Shown piece after piece: positions 24,900 to 35,523 of a stretch of 64,000 bases of DNA (position 1 is its first letter; every line of letters starts with the position of its first letter). The notes under the pieces are model-generated. The model saw nothing but the letters and a program-made list of their open reading frames with translations, made no database searches and was not told where the DNA came from. A program made the position numbers and the translations under genes. Source of the stretch: Eledone cirrhosa (lineage: Eukaryota); NCBI GenBank assembly GCA_964016885.1, contig OZ024741.1:101370001-101434000 (forward strand), written 5' to 3'.

Positions 24900-25264
24900 A
24901 AAATAACAGATTAAAGTTTAAGCAAAGAATTGCTGCTTTCACCCTTAACGGGATCTTCTGAAACTAACAAAGTCAATCTGTAAACGCAGAACTGGATATT
25001 TCAAAAAACGTTGCAACCAGAGGAAGACAGGAAGACGATACTTTGGTTCGTGGGAATGTTCGCTGGCTAAGAACGGGAAAAAACGAATATAATACGTCAT
25101 TAATAGGAGCGGTAAAAAACAATTACGTGCAAAGACAGAACCACGTTTATGGTATAATAGAGGTCATAGACTAATGTTCTCTTAGGTGGTGCATAGAGAC
25201 GTTCTCTGGCGATGAAAGGGTGAAAGCAGCGATTCTTTGCTTAAACTTTAATCTGTTATTTTAA
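24898..25264. repeat. Fold-back element with ~49-bp inverted arms (24898-24946 / 25216-25264)
   Basis: aaaataacagattaaagtttaagcaaagaat... and its reverse complement. Confidence 0.8.
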
Positions 25265-25381
25265 TAAATATTTGCTCTACGGTTCTTATATATTTGATAT
25301 ATATTTATCCTTATCGAGCCCTCTTTGGATTTTAGTCTTCAAATTTATTATTATTACTATATATATATATATATATATATA

Positions 25382-26241
25382 TAAATATATGTGAAAAAAT
25401 GGGGAGAAGAATACTGCATGGTTGCACATGGATAACATGTTATAAAATGAGTCCCTCATCAGTGATTTATCAACGGTCATAGGTATTTCATTGCATTAAA
25501 AATCATATACCTCACGTTGGCGCAATAATAACTAAAATAAGTTATTAGGACAATTAAAACGCGTAAAGCGAGTGAGACAAGTAAACAACACAGAGGAAAG
25601 CTAACCGAAGATAGGAAAGACACAAGCTACATAGTTATTCTATCAGTATAATCTGGGTGAATATATGAGCGAGTAGAAAATAGACCTTTCGAGATGAATC
25701 CAATGTAAGAAAGAAGGAAAATCGTTAACATCGCGAACGGGGGGAAGTGAGAAGGGGAGAAACAGTGAGTGAGTGAGTGGAAGTGTGAGGAAGAGGTCAG
25801 TAGAGAGAAAGTGTTAACTGACATGACAGAGGGGACGAAAGAAAGTAAGAGAAACAGAGAACGTGGGAGCAGTAAGAGAGAGAGAGAGAAAAACAGAATC
25901 ACAGTTTAGGTAAATATATGTGAAAAAATGGGGAGAAGAATACTGCATGGTTGCATATGGATAACATGTTATAAAATGAGTCCCTCATCAGTGATTTACA
26001 AACGGTTATAGGTATTTCTTTGCATTAAAAATCATATACCTCATGTTGGCGCAATAATAACTAAAATAAGTTATTAGGACAATTAAAACGCGTAAAGCGA
26101 GTGAGACAAGTAAACAACACAGAGGAAAGCTAACCGAAGATAGGAAAGACACAAGCTACATAGTTATTCTATCAGTATAATCTGGGTGAATATATGAGCG
26201 AGTAGAAAATAGACCTTTCGAGATGAATCCAATGTAAGAAA
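25382..26241. repeat. 331-bp direct repeat (25382-25712 / 25911-26241), pseudo-LTR-like
   Basis: Two near-identical copies with a 198-bp purine-rich spacer, embedded in (TA)n. Confidence 0.85.
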
Positions 26242-26424
26242 TATATATATATATATATATATAGTATTAGTTATACTATTTATGGTTATGTAAATACAAA
26301 ACCTTATGCAGTTATAAGTATTTTACACACACCCTAAATAGTGGTAGGCAGTAATGTATTACTACCTTATTACCAGTAAGTTAAGTAGCTCAATGTAAAA
26401 ACATCAGATGATTTACAGAGCAGT

Positions 26425-27253
26425 TATATGAAATATAAGAATCAAAGAACTGTTCAAAACATTATTGTGCTTACAGCTGTTTCCTCCAAACCGAGGTTTG
26501 GATTCTTCGGAGCAATTTATTAATGCATGGACAGTTATATGACCTCCTTTTCACACTTCCGGGTGGTATTCAATGGCATTTCTCGAAACGTAACAGCCTC
26601 CTGTATTGAACTAAAGAACACCAGACTACGATCTCTAACTGGATTGTCGTGGATTATGTGAAGGGCATATAATCGAAAAATACACTCCCCTGACCATGAA
26701 AATGCCGAAGTACATGAAATACTTGACATCCCTTCGCTGTGCATCTCCAATACTTTTAACACTTTTAATGCTTGCACTATTTTTAATGCTTATAATATTT
26801 CTCCACACACAGACTATATCAATCATATAAAGAATTTGCCACCAGATCTACCAACCTAACACTCTTGTTTACCTACCTAAGTGCCTCTACCACACATATC
26901 TCTCTGCCACACTATATAAACAAGACGCACATGCGTGCCACACATATAACATTTGCACTATATAACCGCTTATCTTCATGTTGTATTTTAACCTGTATTT
27001 TTGATTTTTGATTGTACCTCTTAATATAAATGTAATCTCGAAGTGTGTACTGCCACTCTAAATTCTGTAATGAATGTTGACCCACAATGTTTGAATATGT
27101 ATCAATGTTTGAATATGTATCAGTATGTCTCTCGGCTGAAAAGGAGGTCATATAACTGTCCATGCATTAATAAATTGTTCCGAAGAATCCAAACCTCGGT
27201 TTGGAGGAAACAGCTGTAAGCACAATAATGTTTTGAACAGTTCTTTGATTCTT

Positions 27254-27265
<12 letters not shown>
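26425..27265. repeat. Fold-back element with ~129-bp inverted arms containing a hammerhead-like motif (PLE-like)
   Basis: Arms at 26425-26553 / 27137-27265. Motif TGCT-CCGAAGA-aTCCAAACC/GGTTTGGAg-GAAAC-AGCT-GTA-AGCA. Confidence 0.8.
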
Positions 27266-27296
<31 letters not shown>

Positions 27297-27359
27297 CCCT
27301 GTGGACTGGTTATATTTTCTACGATGCAGGAGTTCTAACAATTATACATTGCTTATTTA

Positions 27360-29793
27360 TACCCAAGATCTGCATTGTGTACATATTGTAGAATTTATGC
27401 CAACTCCTTTTCTACATATCGAACAAGGCCATTTCCCTAACGGAATCAGAGTTTTGTCCTCTTTTCTACTTATCAACACTTTTGTCTTAGCTAGGTTCAC
27501 TCTCAGTCCTTTTGATTCCAACGGCTGTTTCCATAGCCAGAATTTATTCTCTAGCTCCTCTACTGATTCTGATATAAGAACCAGATTGTCAGCATAGAGA
27601 AGTTCCCATGGGCAACCAGTCTTAAACTCCTCTGTTATGGCTTGGAGAACTATAATGAACAAGAGTGGACTGAAGACCGAAACCTGATGTACTCCTACTT
27701 GTATCTGGAATTCCTCACTAATCTCCATTCCTACTCTCACTTTACTGACAGCACCTCTGTACATAGCTTGCACTGTCTTCACAAGCCATTCCTCTACACC
27801 TAGTTTTCTTAGGGACCATCAGATGACAGATTGAGGCACTCTATCAAAGGCCTTCTCTAGGTCAACAACAGCTCAGTATAGTGGCTTATTTTTCTCTAAG
27901 AACCTCTCTTGTAGTTGTCTCATTAAGAAGAGGGCATCTGTTGTACTCTTCCCAGCCACAAAACCAAACTGCATCTCATCTAATTTTGCCCTTTTTCTAA
28001 CTAGTTGCGCTAGTATTCTTTCTGCCACTTTCATAACCTGATCCATCAGTTTTATGCCCCTATAATTGCTCCAGAGCATCCCCTTTACCTTTGTAGCAAT
28101 TTATAAGAATATTGCTGCACCAGTCTTTGGGTACGACTCTGCCATATATAGCTTGATTGATGATGCGTGCAACCTGTTTAGTTCCTACTTCTGATGCCTT
28201 CAGCATCTCAGCAACTATCCCTGACAGTCCAGCGTCGTAACCATTTTTCATTTCCTTAATTGCCTCTTTGACCCTATAGTTGTCAATCTCAATTATCAAT
28301 CTGTCGGGTCTACTGGGGGTAGTTTCTCTCTCTCCCATTCATTCTCAACATTTATCAGTCTCTCATAATGACATTTCCAGGCATCCTTTTTCTGAGCCAC
28401 AGTGACACTAAGTGCACCAGCGTCATTTCAGACACACTTATCTCCAACAACATTCTGATTTACTCTGACACACTGCCTTGCAATGTGGAACACCAACGTC
28501 TCTGATCTTCTTGTCGCAGAACATTGGCAAACCTCCTACTCTCGGCTTTACTGCGTGCTAAGTACACCTGATGTCTAGCCTCTCTTTTAGCGGCTGAGTT
28601 TCGGTCTCTACTCCCACCATTTTTCCAAGCATTCCATGCCTGTCTTTTGTCTTTAATGGCTCTGTCTACCGTGTTGTTCCACCACCAGGTCACCTTGTCT
28701 GGTTGGAGCTCAGCTCCAGCCACAAGTTTCTTCAGTAGCCCGCAGTAAGTTGTCATGTAAGAAATTCCAGTTATCATCTATACCATACGATTCTAACTTG
28801 TCTTCTTTTTCTTCATACATATCTTGAAGAGCTTTCCTAAATTTATATTTTAGTGAAAGGTCTTTTAGCTTCCAGACCTTCCTTTTCCACACCTTCCTGT
28901 GTGTCTCATTTTGTCTTTTGCTTATTGAGATGTCACTAACAACTAACCTATGTTGGGGGGTATATTCTAACTAGCAAGAAGTCAATCTGGCTTCTGTGCT
29001 CGCCTGATTGGTAGGTTATTAGGTGGTTGGTAGGTTTCTTGAAGTTAGTGTTGCAAATGGTTAGTTCACTTGCATCACAAAATTCAAGAAGCCTCACTCC
29101 TTCGTTTCTTGAGCCATAACCATCCTTCTCTTCTTTACCTAGGCCCGCTTGGGGAGCATAGGTAGAGATAATTGTCAGCAGTCTATTTCTTACAATTAAT
29201 CTAATCTTAATTATTCTATTACTGACTCTAACTACCTCTATTGTCGTATTGATCCACCTCTTGGCCAGTAAAATGCCTACCCCACCTAACCCATCATCAT
29301 TTCCTACTCAGAAAAGCTTATAGCTAAGCTGTTTGCCTGAGATTAGTCTTGATGAGGCACCACTCCATCTCACCTCTTGCAAGCAGCACACATCCACGTC
29401 TTCTCTCTAGCATCTCCACCATCTCACCAGATCTACCTGTCAGGGTGCCAACATTAAGTGTGGCAACCCTGAGATGCGATGTTTTTTGTTATTTCTTCCT
29501 TTTCTGCAAAGAAAAATTGTTTATAATCATGTTGTTGTGCGATTACTTAATGACGATCGGGGGGTTCTCACACATGGCTGCACCAGCCACCCCACTACCG
29601 TGCGCAGCCTTAACATGGTTAGTGTTATTGCTGTTTATGCAGTTATTGCGATATATATTTGTTGGTGTGCTCATAATTTTTTTGGCATTAATATACTGGT
29701 TGGATGCCCTTCCTAACACCAGCACCACTTTACAGCATGGACTGTGCTTTTATTTGTGCCACCAGCACTAGAGAGGTTGTCTTACTGGACTCA
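27360..29793 (-). mobile_element. RTE family C, degenerate, 5' end present
   Basis: APE and RT fragments (27357-27782, 27873-28079, 28060-28338, 28460-28892). The 5' UTR at 29690-29793 is homologous to 44396-44500. Confidence 0.92.
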
Positions 29794-29846
29794 GTATTTG
29801 TATATATGTACGTGTTTAATCTAATTATTTCTTGTATTGTTATCAG

Positions 29847-29945
29847 CAAAAGTATCCAACAGCAGGTCGACGCGGTTATCATGAACAACATAATACAAAT
29901 ACCCGATATTATTCCAGGCAATCGAATTTCAGATCAACTAACACT
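29847..29945 (+). CDS. Putative 99-nt phase-0 host exon QKYPTAGRRGYHEQHNTNTRYYSRQSNFRSTNT
   Basis: CTAAT branch point, T-rich tract, CAG acceptor, 33 open codons, perfect GTAAGT donor. Confidence 0.75.
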
Positions 29946-30464
29946 GTAAGTATATTAACATCTTTAATTCATTTATATGGATTGTCATTTTAAAGTCAAG
30001 TTTCCATCTTAAAAATAAGTCATAACTATCTAACAATGTAATAAATTAGTATCATCATACTTTTTACCCTTTTGATATGAAACTGCCTGAAACCACTCCT
30101 GGTTTGACAATACAAAATTGCTTATTTTAAAGTGTAAAAAAAAAGAAAAGGAAAAATCTTCCACTCTAATTCTATGTAAGAACCTTTGTTAAGTTATGTT
30201 CCAAACAGCAATTTAATAATAACAATGGTAGTGATATTATTAAATCTTTACATATGCAAGAGTAGTAGAAAACAATTTGTCAAGGTGCCATGCAATGGGA
30301 CTGAATCTAAAATCATGTGGCTGTGAAGCAAACTCTTTAACAACACAACCATGTCCTTGTGCCTGTGTGTGTGTGATGCCACCAAAGTCAATTGCAATGG
30401 AACCGAACCCAAACTTAACCTCAAATCGTGATTGTAAAACAAACATGCATTTCTACCTATATAT

Positions 30465-31300
30465 ATAGTAACCAGGGTAAGAATGGGATGGAAGAAGTTC
30501 AGGGAGCTACTATCATAGCTAGCTGCAAAAGGCTTTTCCCTCAAAATTAAAGGCAGACTGTATGATGCGTGCATATGAACAACAATGTTGCATGGTAGTG
30601 AGACTTGGGCGTTGTGTCCAGAAGACTTGCGTAAATTAGAAAGAAATGAAGCTTGCATGCTCCGATGGATGTGTAATACTAATATACACGAACGGCAAAA
30701 TATAAACGAATTGAGAGAGAGACTAAGCATAAGAGGAATCAAATGCTGTGGGCAGGATAGGAGATTACGTTGGTATCGACATGTGATGCGTATGGATGAC
30801 AGCTGCATAAAAAAGGTGAAGAATGCTCAAAGACGATGGAAGCCTTGGAGTGGGGAAACCCAAAAAGACCTGGGATAAGGTGATAAAAGCCAATCTTGCT
30901 TAATTGCATCTCTCAAAGATGATGACACAGGACCGAGACCTTTAGCGCCACACAGTAATACAGAAGACCCAACTTCCCGTGGGTACAAGCCGAAGCTGAA
31001 GTATATATACAGTATGCCCCCCTCCCCTCCCACTGTAAAGTCGTGTAGGTATCACAACAAAAAGCACTCAGTCTACATTGTAAAAGGGTCATGTAGGCAA
31101 CACGACAAAACCACCTAGTACTCACTCTAAATGAGGTTGGTGTTAAGAAGGACATCCAGCAGTAGAAATCACGTCCAAATCAGTTCTGTATTAGCAAGAC
31201 ATGGTCACCTGACCTGACATTGTCCACAACAGGACAAATTGTTTAACACATGCTAACGTGGAAAAATAGGCATAAAACTGATGATGATGATAATGATGAT
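30465..31300 (+). mobile_element. RTE family B-like 3' fragment, old
   Basis: MLHGSETWAL..LERNEACMLRWMCN, a B-type 3' UTR and a (GAT)n tail. Confidence 0.88.
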
Positions 31301-31458
31301 ATATATATTTATATATATATTTATATATATTAGAAAGTGTTGGGGCCCAATGGCTGAGGTCTGGCCGTTTCAGTAGCTAATTCCAGTCAAACTCTACTAT
31401 CCCATGTATTTAGTATTCTGCTGAATAATGGTCTTATTAGTTTAAAACTGGTAAAATC

Positions 31459-31519
<61 letters not shown>

Positions 31520-31521
<2 letters not shown>

Positions 31522-31652
31522 ATTGTTTCTACTTTTGACACAAGGCCAGCAAATACCCAGTGTATTACTGGTACTTTATTTTATCGACCCCGTAAGGATG
31601 AAAGGCAAAGTTAACCTCGGCGGAATTTGAACTCAGAATGGAAAGGGCCGTA
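31520..31652 (-). mobile_element. SINE fragment with Nin/Deu-like central domain
   Basis: Minus strand GAGTTCAAATTCCGCCGAGGTTAACTTTGCCTTTCATCCTT..GGGGTCGATAAAATAA..GTACCAG. Confidence 0.65.
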
Positions 31653-31974
31653 ACTCTTTGTGTCAAAGCATGGCGTATTTATACTTATATATGAGTTATA
31701 TATAATTATAAATATTATTAAGCACTACCCAATTACCAGTAAGAGAAAAAGCTCAATGTAAGTTATCCAATGTATTACAGAGCAGAGATACATGAGTTGG
31801 ACAAGGATATGATGTAACTATTCTAATAGTTATATCATATCCTTGCATGTCATAAGAAGTGACTAAAAGGATTAGCAGTTTTAAAACACTGCTTCAAAAA
31901 GCCTTGTCCAACGTATGACAGCATGGAAAAGTTAATGTAAAGATGATGGTGATGATGATATTTATATATACATA

Positions 31975-34230
31975 TATGAGGAAGTGTGTAGAGCTGTCAA
32001 CACTACACGAGCTCATAACATCGTGCTTGTTCTGGATGACTTCAATGCACATCTGAGTAAGGAGAGCAGTAAAGATCCTTGCTAGTACTTCCATAACAAC
32101 ACCAATCAAAACGGAAGACTACTGAGGGACAACCTGCTGGAGGCGAACTTGATGGCAACCAACCTATGGTTTAGGACGAATCCGGGGAAGATGTGGACCT
32201 ACATCTCTGATATGCACCTGTCCAAGTCCCTGATTGATTTCAGTACACTGGGCAGTGACCACCAGCTTGCTATGAATGAGGTCTGGATGAGCTTAAGAAA
32301 GAGTAAGGCTTAGCCCCAGAGAGTGATCTATGATTGGGGAGCTTTCAAGGAAGATGATAAGCTACAGGAGAAGTGAGGAACAGGTTCAGTGCTCTTTGTG
32401 GAGAGGCAGAGGAGAGAGAGATTGGAGGGACTGAGGAGGTACGGATACTTCACCAATGCAGTGGTAGAAGCAAGTGAGGTCCTGGTGCTGAGGAGAGAGA
32501 AGAGGAAGAACGTCAGCTCTGCAGACCCAAAAGTGTGTGCGGCCAGAGAACACCTGAAAGCTGGCAAGGAACAATTCTATGCTGAACCTACGGAGGAGAG
32601 GAAGGAGAACTTGAAGGTGATGAAGGAAGAACTCTGTACCACTTACATTGAGGCCAGAAAGGAAGCGCTGATAGAGAAGATGAGAAGTGTGGAGAGAGTG
32701 GTTGACAGGCGTAGGTGTAAAGAGAGCTGGATGATCATCAATGAGATCACTGAGGAAGAGAGGGAATTCAAGTCAGATCCAGGGAACAGGGCTCGAGGAT
32801 GGGAAGAGGATATGGCTGGACCATTTTAAGACTCTACAAGAAGAGCCGCCTTCTACAGCCCAGAACATTGGGGAGATCAGACAGCTGTTTGAGGAACTGA
32901 TATTGAGACAGGACCCTTCACCAGAGAGGAGCTTCAGAGTGCTAGGAAGAAGATCAAGGAGGGCAAGGCCCATGGAGAAGATGGAGTGGCATCAGGGGTG
33001 ATGAAGAAGTGTGATTTTGATGATATCATCCTGGAGTTCTGTAACCAGGCACTGGAGAAGGGAGTTGCCCTGGATCAGTAACATTGTCCCAGTGCCAAAG
33101 AAAGGATATCTCTCTAACACCAACAACTACAGAAGGATCTCACTGACGTCACTTGTGGCAAAGACCCTCAACAGGATGATTTTTAATAGGATCCAGCCCA
33201 ATGTGGAGAAGAAGCTCAAAGACAACCAGAACGGCTTCAGAGAGAGAAGATCAACCACCAGTCACATCCTAATGTTGAGGAGAATTTTAGTTGGAGCTGG
33301 AGCCTCCCTGCTGTTATGGTTTTCATTGACTTTAGGAAGGCCTTTGATTCGGTGGACTGTCATTGGCTCCCTATCTTTTCATCATCGCAGTGGACTATTA
33401 TATGCGCCTTGTACTGGAGAAACACCAGTACTCTGGCTTTACTGTAGCACTGGCGCAGAGCAGGAGAGTTAAGGCTAGAAAGATATTAGATGCTGACGAC
33501 ATAGTTCTGGTGACAAACACACAGTAAAGGAGGCAGAGGAGTTGATGTAGGAGATGGAAACTGTGTCGATGAGTATGGCGCTGAGAATGAATGAGAGTAA
33601 GACGAAGTATCTGGTAGAGAACATTAAGGCAGAGAAGATTATAAATGTAGGCAGGAAGCCGCTAGAGTTGGTTGAGGACTTCCTGTATCTGGGAGCAAAA
33701 TTGGGAACACACAGGATGATGTAGTTGAGAGAAAGAGCAAAGACTGGGCGGCGTGCCACAGTTTGAGGTTGGTGTGGAAGTCGAACCTTCGGAAAGACCT
33801 GAAGACCTGTCTCTTCATTGCTACAGTGGAGTCTGTGCTGCTGTACGGATCTGAGACTTGGACACTGACCAAGAGACTCACTCAGATGGTGGATGGGTGC
33901 TACACAAGAATGCTGAGGATGGCTCTGAACATTAATCAGAATTCAGAGCTGTACGGGAGCCTCCCAAAAGTCAGCTTGAAAGTAGCACAGAGGAAACTGA
34001 GGTTAGCCGGACATACCGATATTCAGAGTTGACACTGCACTTAGTGGTCCTGTGGGAGCCCCTACACAGACACACTAGAAGAGGGAGACCAATGATAACA
34101 TATATTGATGCTCTAAGGACAGACACTGGTCTCTGGGAGATGCAGGATGTGGCAGCGATGGTGAAGGACAGAGACTGCTGGAGAGAACTCATACATGGAT
34201 CTCGGGAATTTTACCCGCCATAGATAGATA
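31975..34230 (+). mobile_element. Degenerate RTE-clade LINE of a distinct family (D)
   Basis: DFNAH, GSDH, NNYRRISL, NQNGFR..RSTT, DFRKAFDS, VESVLLYGSETW and GRP motifs, ending in (TAGA)n. Confidence 0.85.
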
Positions 34231-34250
34231 TTAAAGTTTATGTATATATA

Positions 34251-34476
34251 TAGTTTATATTAGAGTTTATAAACTTAACATGTATGTGCAACCTTAGGTT
34301 TCAGGGCCCAGTTGTGGTTACCACTGTGTAGTGGAGTAGTGGTTCTAAAACTGGCCTCCCCCGTCAGGTGCAAAACAATTTGAACCACTACTCTACTATA
34401 CAGTGTTAGCTATAATTAGACTAAAAAACCTAAGGTTGCGCATACATGTTAAGTGTATGAACTTTAATATAAACTA
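34251..34476 (+). repeat. Long imperfect hairpin, 95-bp arms and 36-nt loop
   Basis: 34251-34345 pairs without gaps with 34382-34476. Confidence 0.85.
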
Positions 34477-35075
34477 AATAAGCTCTCTTGTATTAGATTG
34501 AGTTCTTTTAATTTTTATCTCTGAATAACCTGCATATACATACATTTATATATATACTTGTACGGTTGTATCATCATCATTACTGATTAATGTCTATTTT
34601 CCATACTTGCATCGGTTAGACAGCTTTTGCATGCCCAACTTCCCTTGATAGCCTAAAAGAAGGGATGTTTATATACTGCTTGGAGCCAGTTGGTAGGTGG
34701 ATAGTGCCTGTCATTTTGTGGTGTGCCAGGCTTTCCTAGGTTGGTTGGGAAAATATTGGGGACACTGATTCAATAGGGAAGGTGAATCTGCCAAGGTTCA
34801 TCCTAGCTTTCTATGCTTGCATAGTTCAAACAAAGAGGTCATGCATATACTAGCAAGTGAGAGCCTGAGAGTGGTTCTATTTCTCTGCTTCTTCAAATTT
34901 AAACTGGGTGGGTGGGGGATGTTCAGAGGCATGCTAACTAAGAATCCAGGAGTATACTGGTAGGGGGTAGGTGTGACCCTAGTGTTGTACACCTCTCTGC
35001 TTCAGAATTTTGTATGTATGTATTTATATATATGTATATATTTAATCTAATTAATTTTTGTATTGTTATCAACAG

Positions 35076-35165
35076 CAGTATCAAACAGCAAGTCGAGGCA
35101 ATTATGATACATATACAAATAGCCAACCTTATCCAAGACGTTCTAATCACAGATCAACTGACTCT
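35076..35165 (+). CDS. Putative 90-nt phase-0 host exon QYQTASRGNYDTYTNSQPYPRRSNHRSTDS
   Basis: Diverged paralog of 29847-29945 with a homologous upstream intron (tttaatctaatta...tgtattgttatc), a CAG acceptor and a GTAAGT donor. Confidence 0.75.
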
Positions 35166-35490
35166 GTAAGTCACACTCTATTATTCCATGTATTGGGTAT
35201 TCTGCTGAATAACGGTCTTACTAGTTTAAAACTGGTAAAATATATATATATATAGTCTATCACATGAGAGACTGTATATATATAGTCTATCACATGATAG
35301 ATTATATATATATATATAAATATATATAATCTATCATGTGATAGACTATATAAACCCATGCTAGCATGGAAGATAGACGTTAAACGACGATGTTGATGAT
35401 GATGATGATGATGATATATATATTCATATCTATATGTTAAATATAGATATAAATATATATATATGTGTGTGTATATATATATTTATATAT

Positions 35491-35523
<33 letters not shown>

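Noticed and set aside
25400-25490. Hammerhead in the 331-bp direct repeats (CTGATGA on the minus strand at 25456-25462)
   Set aside because: There is no correctly placed GAAA or stem III after the putative stem II.
34625-34990. Possible CR1/L2-like 3' fragment on the minus strand
   Set aside because: Similarity is too faint to call by eye.
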